Assembly: GCA_963668315.1 (NCBI GenBank)
Contig: OY764216.1
Coordinates: forward strand, 4,736,001 to 4,800,000
Source: Spirochaetia bacterium
Lineage (GTDB): Bacteria; Spirochaetota; Spirochaetia; DSM-2461
Reading direction: 5' to 3'
DNA: 64,000 bases
The position numbers and the translations under genes were made by a program. Position 1 is the stretch's first letter; each line of letters begins with the position of its first letter. This document shows positions 29,349 to 38,920 of the stretch, piece by piece. The notes under the pieces are model-generated. The model was given only the letters and a program-made list of their open reading frames with translations. It was not told the origin of the DNA and searched no databases.

Positions 29349-31718
29349 ATGTCTAAAAAAGTAATTATAACGTTGTTTCTTTCCTTAATTATCCTGGTAC
29401 CTATTCTTTCCCAGAGCGTTCCCATCGATGATGAGACAAAATCGATCCTTGCGGTTCACGAAAAGCGCATAGACGTCATTCAGACCGATCTGGATTACGT
29501 CTGGGTGATTATTTCCGCCGCACTGGTCTTTTTCATGCAGGCCGGTTTCATGTCCCTCGAAGCGGGCATGGCCCGCTCCAAGAACTCGATAAATGTGTCT
29601 ATCAAGAACCTGACGGACTTTGTTCTGGGTGTGATCGGTTTCTGGCTTATCGGTTACGGCATCATGTTCGGCAAATCCTATCACGGCCTTTTCGGTACGA
29701 CCGACTTTGTGATCTCCCTGGAAAATCCCTGGGTCGCCGCCTTCTTTATTTTCCAGGCCGTTTTCGTGGGAACGGCGGCTACCATCGATTCGGGCGCCGT
29801 TTGTGAAAGGGCCAAACTCAAGCAATACATCCTCCTCTCCTTTATTCTGACGATATTCATCTATCCGGTTTTTGGACACTGGGCCTGGGGAAGCTTTCTC
29901 CACGGCAGTGATCCCGCCTCGGGAGGTGCCGGATGGCTGGAAGCCAGGGGATTCAAGGATTTTGCCGGTTCATCGGTGGTTCACAGCGTGGGCGGATGGA
30001 TGGCCCTTGCCGGTGTCATCGTGGTGGGCCCGAGACTCGAAAAATTCGAGATTGATCCCAAGACGGGAAAAAAACTCAAAGCCAGAAAGATTCAGCCTGG
30101 AGACATGCGCTTTGTCTTCCTGGGAACGTTTATCCTCTTTTTCGGCTGGTTCGGATTCAACTGCGGATCCACCCTCGCCGCCACACCGGACATAGCCGGG
30201 ATTGCCCTGAATACGACGCTGTCTGCCTGTTTCGGCTGTGTCGTCAGTTCGGGCCTCAGCTGGATTTTTCATCCGGAAAAAAAGATTGAAGGAGAGATGA
30301 TCGCCAATGGTGTTCTGGCCGGGCTGGTGGGAATTACCGCCGGATGCGCCTTTGTGGATACCGCGGGAGCCGCCATTATCGGTGCCGTATCGGGTTTGAT
30401 AGTCTATTACGGCACGATCCTGCTGGAAAGGGTTCTGAAACTGGATGACGTGGTCGGCGCCGTGCCTGTCCACGGATTCTGCGGCGCCTGGGGAACTCTG
30501 GCGGTCGGTTTTTTCATTAGGGACGATATGCTCGACGGCATGACCCGGTTGGATCAGATCAGCGTGCAGGCCCTGGGTGTGGGCTCCTGTTTCCTATGGG
30601 CCTTCGGACTGGGCCTTCTCTTCTATTACCTCACCGATAAATTTCTGGGGGGAGTACGCGTCAGCGAAGAAGACGAAAGAATCGGGCTGAATGTGACCGA
30701 ACACGGTGCCACCTCCACCCTTCTGGAACTGGCGAACAGTATGGATCAGCTAACCCGGTCGGGTAATTTCGAAGGCCATGCCGGTGTTGTGGTTGACCAT
30801 GGCACCGAGGCGGGAGACCTGGCCCTCATATTCAACAAACTGATCGAAAAAATCCGGGAAGCCCTCTCAGAGAGCCGGAGACAGCAAAACATAGCCGGTG
30901 AGATGCTGGCCGAATCGGAACGGCAGAGAGAGCTGGCCGAGGAGGCCGATGCTAAACTTCGCAGAAATCGGGAAGAGTCCGAAGAGAGACGCAACCGTTA
31001 TATAAATGATGCCGGTTCTCTGGTAGGATCGGTGATTGAGAAAACCGAGGGCATACAGATCGGGATGTCTGATACCAGTATGGTGACCTCCGAGATGTAC
31101 CGCTCCTCACACCAGCTTGCCGACACTCTCAGCGAAATGCTCCGCTCCCTCACGGGCGTTTACGACAAGGTACACGAAGTTGACGAAGTCTCCGGGACGG
31201 CTGCCGAAACGACATCATCCGCCAGGCATACGATCAATGAATTGAAGGGAATAACCAAGGATATCTCCTCCATGATAGGCTTCATCAACGAGCTGGCGGA
31301 GAATACCCATGTCCTCTCCGTCAATTCCGCCATCGAAGCCGCCCGGGCCCATGAAGCGGGAAAAGGGTTTTCCGTCATATCCAGGGAAGTAGCGGCCCTT
31401 TCCAGCCAGACGGCCCAGACAGCCGGCAACATCGAGGACAAGGTGCGGGGCATAAGCGAACGGGTGGCCAATGTGGTCTCCTCCATGGACCGTATAACAT
31501 CCATAGTGGAACAGATCGGCCGTCTGAACAAGGATATGCTCAGGATCATCGAGACGAACGAGTCGTACACCAAGCGACTCGAGTCCCAGTCCCGTGATAA
31601 TATCAAAGTGGTGGACACCGTCAACAGCACCATGAAAAAGATGGCCGACGAGGTTTCCTCGGTGGCCCGGATAGGGGAAGATGTCAGGACGGGTCTTAAG
31701 AAACTGACCGAAGAGTAA
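29349..31718 (+). CDS. amt: Ammonium transporter (Amt) fused to HAMP and methyl-accepting chemotaxis signalling domains
   Basis: FFMQAGF..LEAG..RSKN, DFAGSSVVH, WFGFNCGS, DDVVGAVPVHG; HAMP-like EAGDLALIFNKL; MCP-tip-like NSAIEAARA.EAGKGFSVISREV. Confidence 0.9.
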   Translation: MSKKVIITLFLSLIILVPILSQSVPIDDETKSILAVHEKRIDVIQTDLDYVWVIISAALVFFMQAGFMSLEAGMARSKNSINVSIKNLTDFVLGVIGFWLIGYGIMFGKSYHGLFGTTDFVISLENPWVAAFFIFQAVFVGTAATIDSGAVCERAKLKQYILLSFILTIFIYPVFGHWAWGSFLHGSDPASGGAGWLEARGFKDFAGSSVVHSVGGWMALAGVIVVGPRLEKFEIDPKTGKKLKARKIQPGDMRFVFLGTFILFFGWFGFNCGSTLAATPDIAGIALNTTLSACFGCVVSSGLSWIFHPEKKIEGEMIANGVLAGLVGITAGCAFVDTAGAAIIGAVSGLIVYYGTILLERVLKLDDVVGAVPVHGFCGAWGTLAVGFFIRDDMLDGMTRLDQISVQALGVGSCFLWAFGLGLLFYYLTDKFLGGVRVSEEDERIGLNVTEHGATSTLLELANSMDQLTRSGNFEGHAGVVVDHGTEAGDLALIFNKLIEKIREALSESRRQQNIAGEMLAESERQRELAEEADAKLRRNREESEERRNRYINDAGSLVGSVIEKTEGIQIGMSDTSMVTSEMYRSSHQLADTLSEMLRSLTGVYDKVHEVDEVSGTAAETTSSARHTINELKGITKDISSMIGFINELAENTHVLSVNSAIEAARAHEAGKGFSVISREVAALSSQTAQTAGNIEDKVRGISERVANVVSSMDRITSIVEQIGRLNKDMLRIIETNESYTKRLESQSRDNIKVVDTVNSTMKKMADEVSSVARIGEDVRTGLKKLTEE

Positions 31719-31735
31719 AATTAAAGATAAAGGAA

Positions 31736-31775
31736 TTTTCCAGGGAGGCCGGGTTTCCGTCGCCTCCCCGGGAGA
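31736..31775. terminator. Hairpin between convergent amt-MCP and parB
   Basis: GGGAGGC..GCCTCCC stem. Confidence 0.5.
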
Positions 31776-32687
31776 TTAAAGGCTGTCGGGACTCAAAACT
31801 TCCAGAATCCGGTCCAGATCGTCGGGAGAGTAGTAATCAATCTCGATCTTTCCCTTCTTCAGGGAACCTTTCAGCTGGACCTTTGTTCCGAAATGATCGA
31901 TAAAGCGCTGCTCGATATGCAGAATGTGGGGGTCTTTGCCGGAGAGAGGACCGTTGTCGCCCTTGTCGGAAGACTCTTTTTTCATCCCCCGGTTCAGCTC
32001 GCCCGCCTGTTTTTCCGCTTCCCGCACGCTGTAGCCTTCGTCCCTGATCCGGTTGAACAGGAGCGTCTGATCCGCCGGATTCACCACGGACAGGATAGAG
32101 CGGGCGTGACCGGCGGAAATAACCCCTTCGTCCACGGCCTGCTGCATCTCCCCGGAAAGGTTCAGAAGCCTCAGACTGTTGGCGACGGTAGCCCTTTTCT
32201 TGCCCACCAGCTCGGCGACTTCCTGCTGGGTCAGATCGAGGCGCTCCATCATCTCCTTGTAAGCCTTGGCTTCCTCAATGGCGGTGAGGTCCTCCCGCTG
32301 GATATTTTCGATCAGGGCGATGCCCAAGCGGCTCTCTTCATTCAGGTCGTCCCTGATAACCGCGGGAACCATCTCCAGCCCGGCTATCTGAGACGCACGG
32401 AACCGTCTTTCTCCGGCGATAATTTCGTATCCGCCGACTGCTTTGGGAGCTATGATGAGGGGAGAAATCACCCCCTGGCTTTTTATGGAATCGGCCAGTT
32501 CTCTCAGGGAATCTTCGTTGAAGTGCTTTCGGGGCTGATGGGGGTTGGCGGAAATTTCCGCCAGGGCCACTTCCCGTATGCCTGCCCCTTCGGCAGGAGT
32601 CAGGTCGCCTCCGTTCAGGACATCAAAGTCCTCATCCTGTAGAAGAGCTCCCAGCCCTTTTCCCAGAGCGGATTTTTTAACAGACAC
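31776..32687 (-). CDS. parB: Chromosome partitioning protein ParB
   Basis: LGKGLGALL, NPHQPRKHF, IAGERRFRA, ENIQREDL, ANSLRLL, SAGHAR. Confidence 0.95.
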   Translation of the reverse strand: MSVKKSALGKGLGALLQDEDFDVLNGGDLTPAEGAGIREVALAEISANPHQPRKHFNEDSLRELADSIKSQGVISPLIIAPKAVGGYEIIAGERRFRASQIAGLEMVPAVIRDDLNEESRLGIALIENIQREDLTAIEEAKAYKEMMERLDLTQQEVAELVGKKRATVANSLRLLNLSGEMQQAVDEGVISAGHARSILSVVNPADQTLLFNRIRDEGYSVREAEKQAGELNRGMKKESSDKGDNGPLSGKDPHILHIEQRFIDHFGTKVQLKGSLKKGKIEIDYYSPDDLDRILEVLSPDSL

Positions 32688-33447
32688 GTTCCAACACCTC
32701 ATTTGCTAATTTTTGATAACTTTTGGCCCCCACACAGGCATTGTCGTAAAGACAGACGGGTACGCCGTGGGAAGGAGCTTCGGAAAGCCGGATATTCCGG
32801 GGTATGACCGTCTTGAAGAGGATCTCCGGATGGGATTTAAAAGTGGCTTTCACCTGGGAAATGACTTCGTTTGCCAGACGGGTACGGGAATCGTACATGG
32901 TAAAAAAGATTCCCCCTATCTTCAGTTTTTTGTTGTAGCCCTTCTGGATGCGCTTGACGGTCTGGAAAAGCATATTGAAAAAACCTTCCAGAGCGAAAAA
33001 CTCACACTGAAGGGGAATCATCACATAATCGGAAGCGACGAAACCGTTTATCGTCAGCACACCCAGCGAAGGGGGACAGTCGATCAGAATATAATCATAC
33101 TCCTCCTTGGCAGGCTCCAGAACCTTCTTCAGATAGTTTTCCCAGCCGTCTACATCGGCCAGTTCCACCGTGGCTCCCGAAAGATTCAAATTCGAGGAAA
33201 CAAGGAACAGATTCTCCACGGGAGTACTCAGCGTCGCCTCTTTCAGGCTTTTCCCGCCGGTAATCACCTCGTAGATACCCTCCTGCTTCGAGTCGTAACC
33301 CACGCTGCTGGTCAGGTTCCCCTGGGGATCAAAATCAACAAGGAGCACCTTTTTCCCGGCGTTTGCCAGGTAGGCGCCGATGTTACAAACGGACGTGGTT
33401 TTCCCCACGCCCCCTTTCTGATTGGCAAAAACTACAACATTTCCCAT
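32677..33447 (-). CDS. parA: Chromosome partitioning ATPase ParA/Soj
   Basis: NQKGGVGKTT, DFDPQGN, DCPPSLG, IPRNIRLSEAPSHG. Confidence 0.96.
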   Translation of the reverse strand: MGNVVVFANQKGGVGKTTSVCNIGAYLANAGKKVLLVDFDPQGNLTSSVGYDSKQEGIYEVITGGKSLKEATLSTPVENLFLVSSNLNLSGATVELADVDGWENYLKKVLEPAKEEYDYILIDCPPSLGVLTINGFVASDYVMIPLQCEFFALEGFFNMLFQTVKRIQKGYNKKLKIGGIFFTMYDSRTRLANEVISQVKATFKSHPEILFKTVIPRNIRLSEAPSHGVPVCLYDNACVGAKSYQKLANEVLERVC

Positions 33448-33532
33448 AGTTGCGAATTATACCTTTTTTTTTCGTTCCTGTCACCGGTGGCCCGGTAAAT
33501 CTCCCTAAGTTTTCTATGGAGAAATTTTCATC

Positions 33533-33657
33533 CGGGGCTTCCCCTGCGGGGCAGGCTCTCCGGGGGTCCGCCTCACGGCTTCCGTCCTCACCCGTCTGCC
33601 CGCTGCGCTCGCCGGACTCCCTCGGACCCGCTCCGCGGCCCCTCCCATCCCTAAGCC
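33533..33657. repeat. GC-rich, hairpin-rich intergenic element (REP-like)
   Basis: CCCC-TGC-GGGG hairpin and GGGTCCG/CGGACCC pairing (33564-70 with 33623-29); far more GC-rich than its flanks; single copy in the window. Confidence 0.45.
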
Positions 33658-33737
33658 TAGAGGGTAATAATAGATTGACAGTTCAGTAAAATCCCTCTAC
33701 AGTCAAACCGTATATCAATAAATATAGAGGAAATAAA

Positions 33738-34475
33738 TTGAGACTGAAATGGTTGGTATTTCTGGTATTTTTCGGCTTCTCCCTTCAGATTTTCGGAGAA
33801 TCGCAAAGTTACTCTTCCCCCGAAGAGGTGGCCCGGGCCTTCATGGAGGACATGCAGAAGGCTGATTTTGAGCATATCTATACCCTGAACGCCTATTCCT
33901 ATGATGAAATCGTGGATAAACTTGACGCCGGCGCCTTACTCCATCGGGCGCAGACATTGATCATGAGCCAGAACATGGGAAGCACACTCCCCCGGGCTTA
34001 TGGGCCATTAATAAAAATGAACATATTGGGCCGTTACTCCACCCAGTTGAAAATGCTGATCAGCAGTATCCTTCTTCCCGAAGAGTTCGATGACTATCTT
34101 TCCGCCATGCCCCAGTACTTGAATGACGAGGATCTTATCGATTTATATCTCACCTCCCTGGATGTGCGCCGCCTTAAAAAGCTGGAATTGGTGAGAATGG
34201 ATTACGTTCTGCCCGATATCCAGGATAGTCCCCGCTTTCTGGAGAATCTGGAAAGACAGAAAGCCTCCTACGGATTTGACGATAAGAAAGAGTACACCCT
34301 TCTTTATCAGCGGGAAGATGAATATTTTGACGGTGCCATGACCTTTGTCAAATATGGAGACTCCTGGTACATAGACGGACTGGAAGGATTACTCCAGAAT
34401 GCCTCTTCTTCCGGGGTGGCCGGGCCCCTTTCCGGACTGAGGGAGTATCTGAATTTATATAAATTGGAAAACTGA
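33738..34475 (+). CDS. Hypothetical exported protein
   Basis: Signal peptide, GAGG SD, upstream promoter TTGACA (33675)-17-TACAGT; SPEEVARAF..WYI pattern. Confidence 0.7.
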   Translation: MRLKWLVFLVFFGFSLQIFGESQSYSSPEEVARAFMEDMQKADFEHIYTLNAYSYDEIVDKLDAGALLHRAQTLIMSQNMGSTLPRAYGPLIKMNILGRYSTQLKMLISSILLPEEFDDYLSAMPQYLNDEDLIDLYLTSLDVRRLKKLELVRMDYVLPDIQDSPRFLENLERQKASYGFDDKKEYTLLYQREDEYFDGAMTFVKYGDSWYIDGLEGLLQNASSSGVAGPLSGLREYLNLYKLEN

Positions 34476-34502
34476 TTCTTTAATGAATCAAGGGGCCGAA
34501 AG

Positions 34503-35402
34503 GTGAACATAAGAGTAGCTTTTTTTTCCGGAACGGGAAGTACCCAATACGTAGCCGAAGCAATCCGGCGGGAGTGGGAAAACAGAAACCATACCGTCAA
34601 AACAACAGAAATCGGCAGATGCTATGAAAGGGAAACCGTCACTTACGACCTGCTGGTTCTCTGCTACGCCGTCCATGCCTTCAACGCCCCTCTTCCGGTC
34701 ATCCGCTGGATAAAGTCCCAGAACGGGGCGAATCAGACTCCGGCCGTGGTAATATCCGTTTCGGGGGGCGGTGAAGTGACTCCCAATCTGGCCTGCCGTG
34801 TTCTGGCCGGGAAAAAACTGAAAAGGCAGAATTTCCGCGTGATTTACGAAAAAATGATTGTCATGCCTTCAAACTGGATCGTCCCCACCAAAAAGATTTT
34901 GACAGATGCTTTACTCGACATTCTCCCTTTTAAGATATCCTATTGTGTCAGTGAAATACTTGCAGGAAAAGAGAGGCATACAAAAGCCGGCTTAGGGAAC
35001 AGAATCTTTTCTCTTCTGGGAAAACTGGAACATCTGATAGCGGGAAGATTCGGAGAGAAGATCACAGTGAGCGACACATGCAGCGGCTGCGGTCTCTGTG
35101 CTCAGAACTGTCCGGTAGGAAATATACGCCTGGTAGATAACCGCCCCCGTTTTTCCCGTGAATGCGTTTTCTGTCTTCAATGCTTATACGGCTGTCCGAA
35201 AGACGCATTGAAACCGGGTTGGGGGAAATTCATAACCATCTCCGAAGGCTACGATTTCAAGGCGATGCTCAGAGATAAGTCAGATAGCGCCGGTCTTGAT
35301 CTGGAAAAGGAAGCGGGGGGAGTGCTCTGGCTGGGAGTCAAAAGATATCTGTCGGACAGATCGGATCTTTCTCCTCCCGCTTCCCCGGATGGTAAGGATT
35401 AA
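34503..35402 (+). CDS. EFR1-family ferredoxin (flavodoxin-like plus 2x[4Fe-4S])
   Basis: FSGTGST, MPSNW, CSGCGLCAQNCP, CVFCLQCLYGCP. Confidence 0.88.
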   Translation: MNIRVAFFSGTGSTQYVAEAIRREWENRNHTVKTTEIGRCYERETVTYDLLVLCYAVHAFNAPLPVIRWIKSQNGANQTPAVVISVSGGGEVTPNLACRVLAGKKLKRQNFRVIYEKMIVMPSNWIVPTKKILTDALLDILPFKISYCVSEILAGKERHTKAGLGNRIFSLLGKLEHLIAGRFGEKITVSDTCSGCGLCAQNCPVGNIRLVDNRPRFSRECVFCLQCLYGCPKDALKPGWGKFITISEGYDFKAMLRDKSDSAGLDLEKEAGGVLWLGVKRYLSDRSDLSPPASPDGKD

Positions 35403-35462
35403 GGGACAAAAACTCTAAGACCGGCCTTCAGCCATACCCGGATCATGCCCTTTTTCCGGGAA

Positions 35463-36287
35463 TCAGTTTTCCCTCTTTGAAACGGGAATCTGAACCTCCG
35501 TCAGCCACTCCTCGGGGGACTCTTTATTCCAGATACCGTCAATATAGGATTCCCGGGGATTATCCGTCACGGCATATCCCTCCGATTCAATCCAGCGGAA
35601 AAGCCTGTTATAACTTTCCCTCAAAGTGGAATAGGGCCCCTTATGCATCAGGCAGGCCGCCTTCTCCACCTTTGCCACCTTCTTGAATTTAACCCTGTCC
35701 GATTCTTCGCAGGGCGCGACTACGGCCTCGCAGATTTCCACATCTATGTCGCTTTCCCTGTACTCTCCATCGTGATAGATGGTAAAGCAGTACTCCGGTT
35801 CCCGGCAGACGGCGCCAACCGATCTCATATAATCCCCCATTTTAGGAACCACATCAAAATAGCTGTCGTAACTGGCGACCCGTGTGCGCATGGAAGCCAC
35901 AATAACTTCCGGCAAAGATTTTAACATTACGTCATTTTTCATTTCATTCTCTCCTTCCAATCGAACCAGATACTCCCGGATGCGGCCCAGCCGCACCTTT
36001 TCCCGATCCATAGAGAAAAGGATCTCCCTTTCCTTCCGCTTCAGGATCTCCTCCATTTCCACCCGGCCATCCAGCAGTTCTCCAATTTCAGAAAGAGAAC
36101 ATCCCAGATCCTTAAGCAGCAGAATACGGCTGATCCGGGGAAGCTGATCGGCCCGGTAGTACCGGTAGCCTGTCCAGTCATCCACTTCAGTGGGCATAAG
36201 CAGACCGATTTTCTCGTAGTGCCTCAAAGTTTTCGGGGTAATCCGGTTGATTTTTGAAAATTCTCCGATGGAATACATCACATCCAT
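35463..36287 (-). CDS. MerR-family regulator with GyrI-like effector domain (BmrR/BltR-like)
   Basis: YSIGEFSK..TLRHYEKIGLL..TGYRYY; HKGPY, RESYIDG..WLTEVQIPV. Confidence 0.92.
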   Translation of the reverse strand: MDVMYSIGEFSKINRITPKTLRHYEKIGLLMPTEVDDWTGYRYYRADQLPRISRILLLKDLGCSLSEIGELLDGRVEMEEILKRKEREILFSMDREKVRLGRIREYLVRLEGENEMKNDVMLKSLPEVIVASMRTRVASYDSYFDVVPKMGDYMRSVGAVCREPEYCFTIYHDGEYRESDIDVEICEAVVAPCEESDRVKFKKVAKVEKAACLMHKGPYSTLRESYNRLFRWIESEGYAVTDNPRESYIDGIWNKESPEEWLTEVQIPVSKREN

Positions 36288-36315
36288 AAAAATCTCCTGC
36301 CCATGGGATACTTCT

Positions 36316-36346
36316 ATTGTAGGGATTGTCCCAAGGGACGAGTCAA
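36316..36346 (-). promoter_or_regulatory. MerR-type promoter/operator with 19-bp spacer
   Basis: On -: TTGACT-19 bp-TACAAT, with the dyad GTCCC-TT-GGGAC in the spacer. Confidence 0.8.
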
Positions 36347-36548
36347 GGACGTATCGGAAAAAATAATATTTTTTTCTTTTCCAGAAATAATTTCCCGGGG
36401 ACTATGGCCAGACAGACCCTAAAATGCTAAAAAGAGAATAGAGGTTATCCCCCTTTATGTTCTTAGAAGGGAAAGAGAAGAACAGACGATTCGGTTCGAC
36501 TCCCCTCTGAAGGGTAACCGGCAGAAAAACTTGTCCCCGGGAGACGCT

Positions 36549-37295
36549 ATGCTTGAACGGATAATAAAAAACTACTACTTCTCCGGTACGGGGAACACGA
36601 AAAACCTTGTGGAACACTTTTCCGCCTATCTGAACAGCAAAGGGTACGATTCGGTTATCCGTGAAATGGAAAAGGGCTATGACGAAGATAATGAAGAGGA
36701 TTTCACACTGGGGCTGGTATTCCCCGTAGCCGTACAGTCGACATTTCCCCTTGTCTGGGATTTCATCCTTGATCTTCCCGACGGCCGGGGGCGCGGAGTA
36801 TTCATGTTCGATACGATGGAGGCCTTCTCCGGAGGAATTGTCGGCCCCCTCAGACATACCCTGAGGAAAAAGGGGTACAGATGTCTGGGGGCGAAGGAAT
36901 TCGCCATGGCCTCAAGCCTCAATACGGATCCGAAGAAAGTAGCCGGGGGGGCGGAAAAGAACCGGAAGGCTCAAGCTGACGTCATCGGTTATGCCGACGA
37001 TCTTATTTCGGGCAGGGCCGTCTGGCGGCGAATCCCGCTTTTTTCCGATCTGATGAGATCCATTTCACGGCCTCGGAGCCTCTGGGATAAAATGAGTTCC
37101 GATCTGAGCGTCGAGAGGGGATGCATCAAGTGCATGAAGTGTCTCAGAAACTGCCCGGTTAAGGCGATTTCAATGGGAGAGGCAGGAATTAGTCTTAACC
37201 ATACACTCTGTAATTCCTGCATGAGATGCGCCTCCCGCTGTCCTACCGGAGCAATTAAATATAAGGGAAAGGATTTACAGCTTCCTCCCGCTTAA
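36549..37295 (+). CDS. EFR1-family ferredoxin (second paralogue)
   Basis: YYFSGTGNT, CIKCMKCLRNCP, CNSCMRCASRCP; GGAG SD. Confidence 0.88.
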   Translation: MLERIIKNYYFSGTGNTKNLVEHFSAYLNSKGYDSVIREMEKGYDEDNEEDFTLGLVFPVAVQSTFPLVWDFILDLPDGRGRGVFMFDTMEAFSGGIVGPLRHTLRKKGYRCLGAKEFAMASSLNTDPKKVAGGAEKNRKAQADVIGYADDLISGRAVWRRIPLFSDLMRSISRPRSLWDKMSSDLSVERGCIKCMKCLRNCPVKAISMGEAGISLNHTLCNSCMRCASRCPTGAIKYKGKDLQLPPA

Positions 37296-37410
37296 GCACT
37301 CAGCCCATCGGCCGGTCAGGGACGGGAAGGGAACGGGGTAAAATCATATCCCGGAAATTCAGACCGGCTAATCAGTTGCAAAAGCCCCTCCCATCGTTTA
37401 AACTGGCACC

Positions 37411-38286
37411 ATGAAATCAGCATTTGTTGCCATTGTTGGCAGGCCTTCCGCCGGTAAATCCACCCTTCTCAATGCCCTCTGCGGAGAAAAGGTATCCATA
37501 ACCTCCCCCGTTCCCCAGACAACACGCAATAAAGTCAGGGGAATCCTGAACGATGAAGAGGGGCAGCTCGTTTTTATCGATACGCCCGGATATCATAATT
37601 CGGAAAGAAAATTCAATCAGCTTCTCACGGATATTGTCCATTCCGCCCTGGAAGAGTCGGAGGTCCTGCTCTATGTGGTAGACGCGACCCGTCCCCTCGG
37701 CAAGGAAGAGGAGGAGATAATCACCCTTCTCCACAAAGAGGATAAGCCTGTCGTTCTGGCCCTGAATAAGTGCGACGCTCCCGCCGAACGGCGAAACGAA
37801 CTGAGGGCCTTCCTGCGGCTGAACGCCAAAGTAGACAAGGTCTATGAAATTTCCGCCGTGGAAAAAACCGGTCTCGAAGAACTGCGGAAGGCTCTGCTGG
37901 ACGCCTCGCCCGAAGGCCCGCCCATGTACCCCGAAGGGTACTATACCGACCAGACGCCGGAGTTCCGTATCGCTGAAGTCATACGGGAAAAGGCCATTGC
38001 CCGCACCAGCGAGGAGATTCCCCACTGCCTCTATGTGGAAATGTCCGATATGGAGTGGCGCCAGGACGGCAGGGAACTGTGGGTCCGCGCCTTCCTGACA
38101 GTGGAGCGGGAGAGCCAGAAGGGAATCGTCATTGGAAAGGGCGGCCAGGTGATCAAAGCGATCCGCATAGACGCCCTCAAGGAACTGAAAAAACTCTTCG
38201 ATTATAAGGTCAGCCTGGACCTGCGGGTCAAGGTCAATCCCAAATGGCGCAAGAAAGACTATCTTATCAAGGGCATGTTCAGCTGA
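37411..38286 (+). CDS. era: GTPase Era
   Basis: GRPSAGKSTL, PQTTRN, DTPG, NKCD, SQKGIVIGKGG KH domain. Confidence 0.96.
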   Translation: MKSAFVAIVGRPSAGKSTLLNALCGEKVSITSPVPQTTRNKVRGILNDEEGQLVFIDTPGYHNSERKFNQLLTDIVHSALEESEVLLYVVDATRPLGKEEEEIITLLHKEDKPVVLALNKCDAPAERRNELRAFLRLNAKVDKVYEISAVEKTGLEELRKALLDASPEGPPMYPEGYYTDQTPEFRIAEVIREKAIARTSEEIPHCLYVEMSDMEWRQDGRELWVRAFLTVERESQKGIVIGKGGQVIKAIRIDALKELKKLFDYKVSLDLRVKVNPKWRKKDYLIKGMFS

Positions 38287-38920
38287 TAGGATCTCCCAGA
38301 ATCAGGAGGTGTCTCTCTTCCTTAAGAAAGGGCACCTCCAGAGGTTTCACATCTATCAGTCTGAAATGATCCTTCAGCAGGGAGATCTCCTCTTCCACCG
38401 AGGAGGCTTTGCCTTTGTAGGCGGCGATAAGCCCCCCGGGAGCCAGACAGTTCTTCAATCCCTTTAAAATCTCGGGGATAAAAGGACGGAAAGCCCTGAA
38501 CGTGATCAGGTCGTAGGTCTCCCTCACCTGTTTCAGATCCAGATTCTGAACCGTCGCATTTTCCAGATTCAGGGTTATAACCATATCGTTAAGGAAATTG
38601 CACCTTTTACCCGACCGTTCCACCAGATCCACCGTCCAGTCTTCCAGAAAAAGAGCCAGCGGGATTCCGGGCAGACCTCCGCCGGTTCCCATATCGGCCA
38701 GACGGAGGGAGGAACGTCCGTTTCCCAGGTCCCGGATCAGTTCCAGGGCGCTCAGAGAATCCAGAATATGGCGCACAATGAAATCGTCCCCCGCGGCGTT
38801 CACCAGGGAGTAAAGGGGGTTCCAACGCTCGATTTCGTCGATGTAAGCGCGCAGTTTATCCTCCTGCTTCTCCGCAGGTTCAATATTCAGGGCAGTCAGC
38901 CCTTCAGTCAGTTTATCCAT
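38279..38920 (-). CDS. rsmG: 16S rRNA G527 N7-methyltransferase
   Basis: [34 protein letters not shown]; follows mnmG. Confidence 0.94.
   Translation of the reverse strand: MDKLTEGLTALNIEPAEKQEDKLRAYIDEIERWNPLYSLVNAAGDDFIVRHILDSLSALELIRDLGNGRSSLRLADMGTGGGLPGIPLALFLEDWTVDLVERSGKRCNFLNDMVITLNLENATVQNLDLKQVRETYDLITFRAFRPFIPEILKGLKNCLAPGGLIAAYKGKASSVEEEISLLKDHFRLIDVKPLEVPFLKEERHLLILGDPIS

Noticed and set aside
36490..36525. GGTTCGACTCC resembling a tRNA T-loop
   Set aside because: No T-stem, acceptor stem or D/anticodon arms; a weak MerR-operator resemblance also lacks a -10
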